From positions 11,979 to 75,978 of the forward strand of contig CAZIID010000001.1 in NCBI GenBank assembly GCA_964539415.1: DNA of 64,000 bases, given 5' to 3'. Shown piece by piece: positions 54,573-64,000 of the stretch (its first letter is position 1; each line of letters begins with the position of its first letter). Origin of the DNA: an uncultured Candidatus Saccharibacteria bacterium (GTDB lineage: Bacteria; Patescibacteriota; Minisyncoccia; Phycocordibacterales; GWA1-40-21). Both the position numbers and the translations under genes were made by a program. The notes below the pieces were generated by a model. That model was not told where the DNA came from, searched no databases, and worked only from the letters and a program-made list of their open reading frames with translations.

Positions 54573-55787
54573 ATGAAATATAAATTTAACGCAATAAAAA
54601 AGAACGGTGAGAGATATTCTGGGTTTAGAGACTCTGCTGATAAATTTTCTTTATATGCAGATCTGAAGATAGAAGGGGATACTCTCATTAGTGCTACCGC
54701 AGTGGATAAAAAAGATAATGTTTTTTTTCAGAATATTACTGTTTATTTAGAAAGTATAGGCGAACAAAAAAAAATCTTTTTTGCAAAAAATCTTGGAGCC
54801 ATGCTTGAATCGGGACTTGCTTTAGCTCGAGCTCTTACTGTTATGGAAAAGCAGATAGAAAATAAAAATTTTAAAGCACTTGTTTCTTCTATGAATGATG
54901 ATATTAAGAAAGGTGAGACACTCAGTGAATCTTCAAGAAAACATCCTAGTGTATTCTCGAGTCTTTTTGTTTCTATGGTAAAAGCTGGAGAAGAAAGCGG
55001 AAATCTAGCCGGATCACTAAAGATAGTTGGTGAACAAATGGATTCTTCTTATAAACTAAAGAAAAAGATTCAGGGGGCTCTCATATATCCAGCTGTTATA
55101 TTAATTTTAATGATTGCAATTGGTGTTTTGATGATGGTGTATGTTGTTCCAAGCCTTAGTGCTACTTTTTCAGATTTAAGTGTTGAACTCCCAGCAATGA
55201 CAAAGGCTATAGTTTTTTTAAGTGATTTTTTAAAAAATAATATCCTTGTAAGTCTTGCGGTAATTATCGTCGTAGCTTTGTCTGTTTATTTTTTCTCTTT
55301 AAGCAAGACAGGCAAAAAGTTTTTTGATTTTGTTTCTATAAAAACTCCTGTTATTTCACCGATTGTAAAAGAAGTAAATTCTGCCAGAACAGCGAGAACT
55401 CTTTCATCTCTTTTGTCTTCAGGTGTTCCTTTTGCTGAAGCAATACTTATAACAAGTGAAGTTGTGCAGAATCATTATTTTAGAGAAGTTTTAGATCATG
55501 CAAGACTTGGTGTAGAGAAAGGCGAACCTATGTCAAAGTTTTTTATTGATAATTCAAATCTGTATCCAGTTTTTGTTGGCGAGATGATGGCCGTAGGAGA
55601 GGAGACTGGAAATATTTCTGGAATGCTTATGGAGACTGCTGAATTTTATGAAAATTCTGTAGATCAGAAAACAAAAGATATGTCTACGATTATAGAACCT
55701 GTGCTTATGATTATTATCGGTATAGCTGTAGGTATATTTGCTTTCTCTATGATAACTCCAATATATTCTCTAATGGATAAAATATGA
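54573..55787 (+). CDS. pilC: Type IV pilus inner-membrane platform protein PilC (GspF family)
   Basis: Duplicated GspF domain with 3 TM segments. Start set at MKYKFNAIKKNGE, where AGGA lies 5 nt upstream of the ATG. Confidence 0.75.
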   Translation: MKYKFNAIKKNGERYSGFRDSADKFSLYADLKIEGDTLISATAVDKKDNVFFQNITVYLESIGEQKKIFFAKNLGAMLESGLALARALTVMEKQIENKNFKALVSSMNDDIKKGETLSESSRKHPSVFSSLFVSMVKAGEESGNLAGSLKIVGEQMDSSYKLKKKIQGALIYPAVILILMIAIGVLMMVYVVPSLSATFSDLSVELPAMTKAIVFLSDFLKNNILVSLAVIIVVALSVYFFSLSKTGKKFFDFVSIKTPVISPIVKEVNSARTARTLSSLLSSGVPFAEAILITSEVVQNHYFREVLDHARLGVEKGEPMSKFFIDNSNLYPVFVGEMMAVGEETGNISGMLMETAEFYENSVDQKTKDMSTIIEPVLMIIIGIAVGIFAFSMITPIYSLMDKI

Positions 55788-56263
55788 TCCACACTTTAAA
55801 GACAAAATTTATTTCTGGATTTTCTCTCGGAGAGGTTCTCATCACTTTAGCGATAATATCTATCGTTTCTTCTATTGCTGTAACCGCTTTTAAAGGAATG
55901 AATGAAAGACAGGTTTTAGACAAAAGCATACTTTCAGTAATGAGTATCATAAATGAGACCAGATCATCTTCACTTTCTTCTAAAGACTCTAGTGATCATG
56001 GTGTCTATATAGAAGAAGGAAAAATAACTTCTTTTATTGGTTCAAATTATAGTCCGACAGATTCTAAAAATGTAATTTATGATTTGAATAGTTTGGTAAG
56101 AGTATCATCGTCTGTCCCAAAGACAATTGTTTTTAAAAGGACAACTGGAATTTTATTTCAAAATAGTCCGATTGTCGTAAATGTATCTTTGAAAAAAGAT
56201 GTAAATGCGAGTTCGTCTATTATTGTTTTTCCGACAGGAATAATTCAAAAAAATGCGCTTTAG
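55784..56263 (+). CDS. Prepilin-type N-terminal cleavage/methylation domain protein (pilin/pseudopilin)
   Basis: SGFSLGEVLITLAIISIVSSIAV class III signal sequence. Confidence 0.7.
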   Translation: MIHTLKTKFISGFSLGEVLITLAIISIVSSIAVTAFKGMNERQVLDKSILSVMSIINETRSSSLSSKDSSDHGVYIEEGKITSFIGSNYSPTDSKNVIYDLNSLVRVSSSVPKTIVFKRTTGILFQNSPIVVNVSLKKDVNASSSIIVFPTGIIQKNAL

Positions 56264-56738
56264 AAATTACAAAAAAGGCATAGGTCTTGTGGAAGTAATA
56301 GTAGCTGTTTTTATATTGACTATTGTTTTGAGTTCACTTTTTACAATCAACAACCTTTATTTAAAATCTTCTCTTGGTAATATCAAATCAACTAAAGGGG
56401 CATATTTGGCAAGCGAAGCAGTAGAAGCTGTAAAGACGATTAGAGATTCTGGTTGGAGTAATATAGTAAATATTGCCAATAATACAGATTACTATCTTTA
56501 CTTTAACAACGAGACTTCAGTTTGGGTTGCGACTTCTTCTATTCAAGCTATAGATGGTTTTTCAAGAAAATTTAAAATAAATAATGTATATAGAGATGCA
56601 AGCGGAGATATTTCAAATGCTGGAACGGTTGATCCAAATACAAAAAAACTAGAAACTTTTGTTTCTTGGCACGCTTCATCTGGCCAGATTGTAGAAAAAA
56701 GTCTGATTACTTACATTTCTAATATTTTTGAAGATTAA
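56253..56738 (+). CDS. Prepilin-type pseudopilin
   Basis: KGIGLVEVIVAVFILTIVLSSLF N-terminal motif. Confidence 0.65.
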   Translation: MRFRNYKKGIGLVEVIVAVFILTIVLSSLFTINNLYLKSSLGNIKSTKGAYLASEAVEAVKTIRDSGWSNIVNIANNTDYYLYFNNETSVWVATSSIQAIDGFSRKFKINNVYRDASGDISNAGTVDPNTKKLETFVSWHASSGQIVEKSLITYISNIFED

Positions 56739-57268
56739 TGAAAAAAACAGAGATAAAAAAGAATGCTTTTTTTAAGTCGAAGTCTACTTCCGGCTTTTCT
56801 TTGATTGAAATGTTAGTTTATTTGGCACTCATGACCATGATTTCTGTGGTGATTGTTCAATCTATTGTTGTGGTTTTAAAATCTAACAAAGAATCATTTA
56901 ATAATAATGTTATAGAAAATTCAGCAGTCTCTGTATTTGAAAGAATAAAAAGGGAAACAAGAAGGGCGAAAGAAGTGGATCTTGTAGGGAGCAATCTGAC
57001 CAATGGTCAACTGCAAATGAATGTTATACAGCCTGATGATAGTATTTCTAATATAAAAATATCTTTGGCAGGAAATGGTGCAGTAAATATATATGAAACA
57101 GGGGTTCTTTCTGGACCTCTAACAATATCTGGAGCAGAAGTTACAACTTTGATTTTTAAACAGATAAAAAGTGGAAAATCTGAGGCGATAAGAACAGAAA
57201 TGACAATTAAAAGTGGAATAAAATCAGAAACTTTTTATTCTACTGAAATATTGAGAGGTTCATATTAA
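56738..57268 (+). CDS. Prepilin-type pseudopilin
   Basis: SGFSLIEMLVYLALMTMISVVIV N-terminal motif. Confidence 0.65.
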   Translation: MKKTEIKKNAFFKSKSTSGFSLIEMLVYLALMTMISVVIVQSIVVVLKSNKESFNNNVIENSAVSVFERIKRETRRAKEVDLVGSNLTNGQLQMNVIQPDDSISNIKISLAGNGAVNIYETGVLSGPLTISGAEVTTLIFKQIKSGKSEAIRTEMTIKSGIKSETFYSTEILRGSY

Positions 57269-57273
57269 AAAAA

Positions 57274-59076
57274 ATGTTAAAAAAAATCAGTAAAAAAAGA
57301 GGTCAGGTAATGCTTGTAACGACGTTATTTTTTATGTCTTTTTCTTTGATTGTTTCTGCTGGGCTTATAATGCCAATTGTAAAACAACTAAAAGTTTCTG
57401 CTAATGCTTGGAAGTCTATGGAAAGTTATTATACAGCCGAAGCCGGGGTAGAGGACATTACATACAGAGTAAAAAGTGGCAAAGATTATAATACTACAGA
57501 AGCGATGGCTATCGGTGATTTTACGGTTGAAACGACTTTAGAAAATACCATAGATGGAATTACAATCACTTCAACTGGGGTTTCTGGAGGACACGAAAAA
57601 ATTATTGAAACCAAGGTTGTGGAAAGTGAAGGTGTATCTTTTGTTTACGGGATACAATCTGGTAAAGGAGGAATACTCTTTCAAAGTAGTGCGGGTGTTA
57701 TAGGAAATGTATATTCAAATGGAGATATTATTTCTCAAAATTCGGGTGCTTTTATAACCGGCTCAGCATATGTTGCAAATAGCCCAGATTTGATTGCAGA
57801 CCAGTCAAATGCACTTCCTAGTACTCCAACAAATTCAGTTATATTTGGTAATGCAGACACTTCGCAAGATTTTGCTCAGAGTTTTAAAGTTTCTACCTCT
57901 TCGTCAATAACTCAAGTTAATTTATTTTTAAAACAGATTGGTTCACCTGCTGATGCCACAGTGAAGATTGTTAGAGACGTTTCTGGTAGTCCAAGTGTAA
58001 ATACCTCAGACATATTAACTTCTGGAACTCTTTATTCATCTTTGGTTACAAATACTTTTGGTTGGATAGAAATACCATTTTCATCCGAACCCGTTCTCGT
58101 GCCAAATACTTTGTATTGGATATTTATAGACGCGTCGACTGGTTCAGCAAGTAAAAACTATACGATAGGGGCGAATATAGATAGTAATTATACTAATGGC
58201 CAATCTAAAACAAGTGTTGTTGGTAAAAAAACTTTTTCTTGGAGTTCACCTACTGGTTATGACGCATATTTTAAAATATATCTTGGTGGAGAATTTGGTA
58301 AAATTGTTGGCGTTAATGAATGGAATAAATTTAATATTGGAACAGAAGGGGTAGGGAACGTTCACGCACATACAGTAAACTATGTAAATGCATCTGGCTT
58401 TATTAGATGTAAATCAGATTATAAAAATAATAAAGTTTGTGATACTTCTTTTGATGATCCAACACCAACACCTTTTCCTATTTCAGATGGAAATATAGAA
58501 GATTGGAAAGAAAAAGCTGCTCAAGGTGGTGTTTTTGTCGGAAATTACAATACTCTAGGTTATGGAACATCTACTCTTCCTTATGGAAAAATTGTTGGCA
58601 ACCTTACAATCTCTGGAGGACATATATTAACTCTTAATAAAATGCTTTGGGTTACAGGTAATATTATTATGGAGGGTAGTTCAAAAATAGTATTGTCTTC
58701 TTCTTTTGGTAATAAAGGTGGAATCATAGTTACTGATGGTAGAGTAGTTATCCCTGGAAGTTGTCTTGCAAATGGAAATGGAAATCCTGGTAGTTATATT
58801 ATGTTGGTTAGCACGAGTAATTGTTCTGGAGAGGCAACTTGTGGTGGAGAATATGCTGTTAGGATTAGTGGATCTGGAGGCGCAATTATTTTAAATGCTC
58901 AAAAAGGGACAATATATTTTGAAGGAAGTGCAAGTGCAAAAGAAGCTACTGCAAATAAGATTATTCTTGCTGGTGGGGGTACAAGAATTTATTATGAAAG
59001 CGGTTTAATAAATCCAAACTTTGTAGATGGTCCATCAGGAGGTTTTGATATCACAAGTTGGAAAGAAGTTGAATAG
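57274..59076 (+). CDS. PilX-like large minor pilin / pilus tip-associated protein
   Basis: N-terminus KKRGQVMLVTTLFFMSFSLIVSAGLIMP...YYTAEAGVED resembles the PilX N-terminal domain. Followed by a large beta-rich domain. Confidence 0.45.
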   Translation: MLKKISKKRGQVMLVTTLFFMSFSLIVSAGLIMPIVKQLKVSANAWKSMESYYTAEAGVEDITYRVKSGKDYNTTEAMAIGDFTVETTLENTIDGITITSTGVSGGHEKIIETKVVESEGVSFVYGIQSGKGGILFQSSAGVIGNVYSNGDIISQNSGAFITGSAYVANSPDLIADQSNALPSTPTNSVIFGNADTSQDFAQSFKVSTSSSITQVNLFLKQIGSPADATVKIVRDVSGSPSVNTSDILTSGTLYSSLVTNTFGWIEIPFSSEPVLVPNTLYWIFIDASTGSASKNYTIGANIDSNYTNGQSKTSVVGKKTFSWSSPTGYDAYFKIYLGGEFGKIVGVNEWNKFNIGTEGVGNVHAHTVNYVNASGFIRCKSDYKNNKVCDTSFDDPTPTPFPISDGNIEDWKEKAAQGGVFVGNYNTLGYGTSTLPYGKIVGNLTISGGHILTLNKMLWVTGNIIMEGSSKIVLSSSFGNKGGIIVTDGRVVIPGSCLANGNGNPGSYIMLVSTSNCSGEATCGGEYAVRISGSGGAIILNAQKGTIYFEGSASAKEATANKIILAGGGTRIYYESGLINPNFVDGPSGGFDITSWKEVE

Positions 59077-59158
59077 GGGGGGTGATTAATTTTAAATTAA
59101 ATAAAAAAGTTAGTTATACGTGCAATAAAAACTAATTTAGTTTATAATTTGAATAAAT

Positions 59159-60316
59159 ATGAATAAAGAAACTGGTAAAAGTTTTGTTGTGAATATCACT
59201 GCAGGATCTATTGTAAAGGCTGTGTTGGTAGTTTTGGGTGTTGCATTTTTGTTCTATATTAAAGACATTGCTCTTGTTGTTCTAACTGCTGTTGTGCTTG
59301 CATCTGCTGTTGAGCCTTTTATTTTATGGTGCGGTAAATACAAAATAAACAGATTGGTTTCGGTTATAGTTGCTTATATAGCATTGTTTGTTGTTTTTGC
59401 TGGATTATTTTATATGTTTATCCCAACTCTTTTAGAAGACGCTTCAACATTACTTTCATCTGTACCGAAACAATTAGAATCTCTTGATCTTTGGAATCCA
59501 CTTGCTATATCTTCAGAAAAAGTGGCTTCATCACAAAAGATTATTCAAGGTCTTTCTGATACAGTTCAATCTCCGTCGGTCCTCTCTTCTGTTACACAAA
59601 GTGCTGGAGATACCACAAGTAACGTGAGTTCTGGTTTGGGTTCACTTATAGGAAATATTAAAACAATTTTATCTGGATTTTCTAGTGGGTTTGTCAGCTC
59701 TCTCAGCTCTGTGTTTGGAGGATTATTTTCTTTCATCTTAATTGTTGTCTTGTCTTTTTATTTTACTGTGCAAGAAGATGGAGTTGCAAAGTTTTTGAGT
59801 TTTATTACTCCAGTAGACAAAGAAGCTTATGTCGTTGGTCTTTGGAAAAGATCGCAAAAAAAGATCGGTTCTTGGATGCAAGGTCAGTTGTTACTCGCGA
59901 TCCTTGTTGGAGTTCTTGTGTATTTAGGTTTGACTATTTTGGGTGTTAAGAATGCGATACTTCTTGCTGTCCTTGCTGGAGTGCTTGAAATTATTCCTCT
60001 TTTTGGACCGATTGTTGCTTCGATACCAGCGATACTTACTGCTTTTGGAGATGGTGGAATAACAGCAGCACTTCTTGTTGTTGGTTTATACATCATAATC
60101 CAGCAATTTGAAAATCATCTTATTTATCCACTTGTTGTTCAGAAGATTGTTGGTATTTCCCCGATACTTGTTATTTTGGCACTTATTATTGGTGCAAAAT
60201 TTGCAGGATTCTTGGGAATTGTTCTATCTGTGCCTATATCAGCAACACTTATGGAATTCTTGGATGATCTTCAAAGAAGGAAACATCTCTTGCAAAATTG
60301 TGAGAATAAGAGTTAA
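59159..60316 (+). CDS. AI-2E family transporter (UPF0118/PerM-like)
   Basis: 8 TM helices with the conserved C-terminal LEIIPLFGPIVASIPAIL region. Confidence 0.7.
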   Translation: MNKETGKSFVVNITAGSIVKAVLVVLGVAFLFYIKDIALVVLTAVVLASAVEPFILWCGKYKINRLVSVIVAYIALFVVFAGLFYMFIPTLLEDASTLLSSVPKQLESLDLWNPLAISSEKVASSQKIIQGLSDTVQSPSVLSSVTQSAGDTTSNVSSGLGSLIGNIKTILSGFSSGFVSSLSSVFGGLFSFILIVVLSFYFTVQEDGVAKFLSFITPVDKEAYVVGLWKRSQKKIGSWMQGQLLLAILVGVLVYLGLTILGVKNAILLAVLAGVLEIIPLFGPIVASIPAILTAFGDGGITAALLVVGLYIIIQQFENHLIYPLVVQKIVGISPILVILALIIGAKFAGFLGIVLSVPISATLMEFLDDLQRRKHLLQNCENKS

Positions 60317-60325
60317 TATCTAATA

Positions 60326-61771
60326 ATGAATAAAAAACCTTTCTATATAACAACGACTCTGCCGTATGTAAATTCAGAGCCTCATATAGGTTTTGCTGTT
60401 GAGATTGTTAGAGCAGATATAATTGCGAGGTATAAAAAACTTCAAGGTTTTGAGGTATTTTTTAATACCGGAACAGACGAACACGGTTTAAAAATTTATA
60501 GAAAGGCCATAGAGAAAGGATTAACACCAAAACAGACTGTTGATAATTTTGTTCAGCCTTTTAAAGAACTCCTTCCTGTTCTTGGGATAAGCGAAGATGT
60601 AAAATTCGTAAGAACTACCGATGAACACCACATAATGGCAGCACAAGAATTTTGGAAAATTTGTGATAGGAATGGTTTTATATATAAAAAGAATTATAAA
60701 GTAAAATATTGTGTCGGTTGTGAACTTGAGAAGTCTGATTCAGATCTTGTAAATGGTAAGTGTCCTGATCATCCAAATCTAGAAATTGAAACGATAGATG
60801 AAGAGAACTATTTTTTTAAGTTTTCGTTTTTTCAAGAAAAACTTTTGGAACTTTATGAAAAAAGAACAGATTTCGTTGTGCCAGATTATAGATTAAAAGA
60901 AATTAATACTTTTGTTAAAAGTGGTCTATCTGATTTTAGTATTTCAAGATTGAAAGTCAAAATGCCTTGGGGGATAGAAGTTCCTGGAAATCCAGAGCAA
61001 GTTATGTATGTTTGGTTTGATGCTTTGGTAAACTATATTTCAACTTTAGGTTGGCCAGATGATATGGGCTCTTTCGGTAAATGGTGGAATGAGACGGGGG
61101 GTGCACTTCAATATTGTGGCAAAGACAATCTTCGTCAGCAATCAGCTATGTGGCAAGCAATGCTTATGGCAGCAAACATTTCTCCTTCAAAACAAATAGT
61201 GATTGATGGTTTTGTTACCGGTGCTGGTGGTATTAAGATGAGCAAGAGTCTTGGAAACGTAGTAAGTCCAGTAGACCTCGTGCGTGACTATGGAACAGAA
61301 GCACTCAGATATTATGTGACAAGAGAAGTACATCCTTTTGAAGATACACCTTTTACGCTAGATTCATTTAAGGCTGCTTACAACGCAAACTTGGCAAATG
61401 GTCTTGGAAACTTGGTGAATAGGATTATGAAAATGGCGGAAGATAACCTATCTGGTCCAGTTGCAGTTTTAGAGACAGGTTTTTCTGATGATTTTATTGC
61501 TGCAATGGAAAAGTTTAATATTCAGGAAGCAACAGATATTATTTGGAAAAAGATTACGACTCTTGATGCAAAGATTCAAGAAACTCAACCATTCAAACTT
61601 GTAAAAACAGACACCGAAGCAGGGAAGAAAATAATTAGAGAGTTAGTAGAGGGGTTGTATGAGGTAAAATGTTTGCTTGAACCAATAATGCCAGAAACTT
61701 CTAGAGCAATAGAAAATGCAGTAAAACAAAACAAGAAACCGGTAACACCTTTGTTTTTGCGTAAAGATTAA
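60326..61771 (+). CDS. metG: Methionine--tRNA ligase (short form without C-terminal tRNA-binding extension)
   Basis: Class I motifs: HIGFAV (HIGH-like) and KMSKS. A Zn-knuckle with CVGCE...CPDH. Confidence 0.85.
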   Translation: MNKKPFYITTTLPYVNSEPHIGFAVEIVRADIIARYKKLQGFEVFFNTGTDEHGLKIYRKAIEKGLTPKQTVDNFVQPFKELLPVLGISEDVKFVRTTDEHHIMAAQEFWKICDRNGFIYKKNYKVKYCVGCELEKSDSDLVNGKCPDHPNLEIETIDEENYFFKFSFFQEKLLELYEKRTDFVVPDYRLKEINTFVKSGLSDFSISRLKVKMPWGIEVPGNPEQVMYVWFDALVNYISTLGWPDDMGSFGKWWNETGGALQYCGKDNLRQQSAMWQAMLMAANISPSKQIVIDGFVTGAGGIKMSKSLGNVVSPVDLVRDYGTEALRYYVTREVHPFEDTPFTLDSFKAAYNANLANGLGNLVNRIMKMAEDNLSGPVAVLETGFSDDFIAAMEKFNIQEATDIIWKKITTLDAKIQETQPFKLVKTDTEAGKKIIRELVEGLYEVKCLLEPIMPETSRAIENAVKQNKKPVTPLFLRKD

Positions 61772-61772
61772 A

Positions 61773-61803
61773 AAACCGGTCTCACTTTCGTGAGTACCGG
61801 TTA
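61773..61803 (+). terminator. Terminator (AACCGGTCTCAC-TTTC-GTGAGTACCGGTT)
   Basis: Seen directly in the sequence. Confidence 0.6.
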
Positions 61804-62136
61804 TGTTGTTACTTTTTCTTCTTTTAGGTTTAGAGGTTTAGTTCGTTTTTTCTTGATGAACTTCCTGATAAACCACCTTACTATTGAGTGCCTGAAAGAG
61901 CCGAGTTTTATTTTTTTATTTATTTTGTTGGCTTTTTCAATCAACCTCTCCATAAACCCAATCTTCACGCCATAATATTTACGGAGGAGAAGATAAATAA
62001 CAATGAGAGTTTCTGTCACAAGAAGCCTCCTTTCCTTGATTATATTAGGTTTTTTCGTTTAAGAACTATCTCTACCGGGCACATTATACTTTCTTTTTAA
62101 CTTTATACAATCATTTATGTGCTGTATAATATTTTT

Positions 62137-62922
62137 ATGAAATACATGGATATACATTCTCATCTTGGTTTTGAAGATTATGGAAAAGACTTAGATGAAG
62201 TAATAAAGAGAATGAAAGATGCGGAAGTTGGTACTATTGCTGTGGGCGCGGATTTTAAAAGTTCTGAGGATGCAGTAAAGGTTGCAATAGAAAATGAAAA
62301 TATTTGGGCTTGTATAGGACAGCATCCAAATGAGAAAAAGGATGAAGTTTTTGATGAATCAAAATATGAAGATCTTGTAATAAATCCAAAGGTTGTGGCG
62401 ATAGGAGAGTGTGGACTGGACTATTTTGTAAACTCTAAAGATAAAAGTGAAGGAAAAAGTATTTCAGAAGAAGAGAAAGACAGACAGAAAAAACTTTTTA
62501 TACAGCAAATTGAGTTTGCAATAAAACATAATAAACCGCTAATGCTTCATATTCGTGATGCTCATGATGATGCGTATGAAATCCTTAAGGATTATAAAGG
62601 AAAGGTAAAAGGAGACTTACACTTCTTTACTTCAAACCTCTCTAATGCAAAAAAGTTTATAGAACTTGGTTTTACTATTTCTTTTCCAGGAATTATTACC
62701 TATATTCGAGACTTTGATAAAGTTATAAAAGGGATACCGCTTGAGATGATACACGCTGAGACGGATGCTCCTTTTGCTTCACCTGCGCCTCATAGGGGAA
62801 AGAGAAATGAGCCAGCCTATGTAATAGAAGTTGTTAAAAAAATAGCTGAAATTAGAGGGGAAGATATTGAGAAAGTTACAATACAGCTTATAGAAAATTT
62901 TAAAAAACTTTTTGGTATTTAA
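62137..62922 (+). CDS. tatD: TatD family metal-dependent hydrolase/DNase
   Basis: MDIHSHL N-terminal metal-binding motif and conserved His/Asp/Glu positions. The ORF track starts at a GTG at 62119; the ATG at 62137 lies 6 nt after a TATAAT. Confidence 0.75.
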   Translation: MKYMDIHSHLGFEDYGKDLDEVIKRMKDAEVGTIAVGADFKSSEDAVKVAIENENIWACIGQHPNEKKDEVFDESKYEDLVINPKVVAIGECGLDYFVNSKDKSEGKSISEEEKDRQKKLFIQQIEFAIKHNKPLMLHIRDAHDDAYEILKDYKGKVKGDLHFFTSNLSNAKKFIELGFTISFPGIITYIRDFDKVIKGIPLEMIHAETDAPFASPAPHRGKRNEPAYVIEVVKKIAEIRGEDIEKVTIQLIENFKKLFGI

Positions 62923-62956
62923 TGATTTTTTAATGTTTTTGTTGTAGTATTAAGAA

Positions 62957-63844
62957 ATGGAACCAAAAATATTAAAAACATTACCAAGCGCTGATTATGA
63001 ACTAATAGACAGCGGTGAAGAAGAAAAACTTGAAAGATATGGTAAATACATATTAAGAAGACCTGATCCACAGGCTCTTTGGAGTAAAAATTTAGCAGAA
63101 ACTGAATGGAAGAAAGCTGATGGAACTTTTTTTACAGACGAGTTAAGAAAGGGTTGGAAGAAGAAAGATGGAATGTTAGGTGAATGGCAAATATCTTTTG
63201 GTAACTTAGTTTTTAATATAAAACCAGGCGCTTTTAAACATACTGGTGTTTTTCCAGAACAAGAGATGAATTGGAAATTCATCCAGGCCAAAATAGAAAG
63301 TGAAAAGTCAAAAGATAGAACAGAGCCTATCAAGATTCTAAATTTATTTGGATACACTGGAGGTGCGACCCTTGCAGCACTTTCTGCTGGGGCAGAAGTG
63401 ACCCATGTAGACGGATCAAAAGCTACAGTGGAGTGGGCAAAAGAAAATGCTGTGTCTTCTGATTTAGACAAAAAACCTGTGAGATGGATTATCGATGATG
63501 CACGAAAATTTGTAATGAGAGAAATAAAAAGAGAAGCCAAGTATGACGGAATAATAATGGACCCACCTTCTTTTGGTAGGGGAGGAAAAGGCGAACTCTG
63601 GAAAATTGAAGAAAACTTTTTACCACTTATAGAGCAATGTTCAAAAATACTTTCAGACAATCCACTTTTCTTTTTGATAAACGGATATGCAGCTGGATAT
63701 TCTTCACAGGCATACTTCAATGCATTAAAACCAATAATGGAAAAATACAAAGGAGTCTTTGAAATTGGTGAACTTACAATAGAAGAAAAAACCTCAAAAA
63801 GGCTTTTACCTTGCGGTATTTTTGTTAGGTGGTCTAAAAATTAG
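62957..63844 (+). CDS. Class I SAM-dependent methyltransferase (RlmI/RlmK-like rRNA methyltransferase fold)
   Basis: LNLFGYTGGATLAALSAGAEVTHVDGSKATVEWAKENA is a SAM-binding fold motif. The N-terminal region is PUA-like. Confidence 0.5.
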   Translation: MEPKILKTLPSADYELIDSGEEEKLERYGKYILRRPDPQALWSKNLAETEWKKADGTFFTDELRKGWKKKDGMLGEWQISFGNLVFNIKPGAFKHTGVFPEQEMNWKFIQAKIESEKSKDRTEPIKILNLFGYTGGATLAALSAGAEVTHVDGSKATVEWAKENAVSSDLDKKPVRWIIDDARKFVMREIKREAKYDGIIMDPPSFGRGGKGELWKIEENFLPLIEQCSKILSDNPLFFLINGYAAGYSSQAYFNALKPIMEKYKGVFEIGELTIEEKTSKRLLPCGIFVRWSKN

Positions 63845-64000
63845 GCTGGTGGTATAATTGATCTATTACTAGTATGAGCCGTCAGAACGATCGGCTATAA
63901 TATTTTTTTTTATGAATGAAGAAATGAAAACATGTTGGGTTAATCACAAGCAAAAAATGGGAATGGTTATATTGCCATTGGTGATAATTTTGGGTGTTTG

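Noticed and set aside
61801-62019. 72-aa basic minus-strand ORF between metG and tatD
   Set aside because: There is no recognisable homology. It overlaps a likely promoter region for tatD, and its composition reflects the AT-rich DNA. It cannot be supported.
1-64000. Alternative genetic code (UGA recoding, as in some CPR lineages)
   Set aside because: Standard-code translation gives long uninterrupted ORFs for all housekeeping genes, and TGA is used as a genuine stop, for example at the ends of rsmA (11816-11818) and the VirB6-like gene (18541-18543).
1-64000. rRNA genes or prophage/integrase
   Set aside because: No rRNA-like conserved stretches and no integrase or recombinase ORF are visible. 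An integrase next to the tRNA-Arg repeat array could still lie just outside the window.

Overview
This window is an AT-rich (about 35% GC), tightly packed bacterial chromosome segment read in the standard genetic code. The gene content strongly suggests a Candidate Phyla Radiation / Patescibacteria-type reduced genome: polA lacks a proofreading domain, trigger factor lacks its PPIase domain, a DciA-like gene sits next to dnaN, there are many secreted and pilin genes, and Shine-Dalgarno use is sparse.

The window spans the replication origin region (rpmH-rnpA-yidC-jag on the minus strand, dnaA-dnaN on the plus strand, with DnaA boxes between them). It also carries two tRNAs without encoded CCA next to a CCA-adding enzyme, and DNA repair/recombination genes (pcrA/uvrD, ruvC, ruvB, polA, comM).

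The most interesting part is an approximately 11.7 kb, 10-gene plus-strand operon at 13390-25091. It encodes a type IV secretion-like apparatus: a VirB6-like polytopic membrane protein, a PrgI/VirB3-like protein, a VirB4-like ATPase that may be split over two ORFs, a TrbC/VirB2-like pilin, and several secreted proteins. No relaxase, VirD4 coupling ATPase or VirB11 is present in the window.

Other notable features:
- A separate type IV pilus locus (pilB, pilC, three pseudopilins, a PilX-like protein) plus a second stand-alone PilB/GspE ATPase.
- Two paralogous giant surface proteins with beta-helix-like N/S/T repeats, LamG-like C-terminal domains and a shared internal module of about 860 bp.
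- A frameshifted IS200/RAYT-like HuH transposase flanked by GGTAGCGTCGCTACC hairpins, with a copy of that hairpin embedded in-frame inside polA.
- A nested miniature inverted-repeat element family at seven or more loci, one of them in-frame inside comM.
- A 139-bp tandem repeat next to tRNA-Arg and a 41-bp perfect palindrome.

All calls rest on reading the sequence and ORF translations by eye; no database search was possible.
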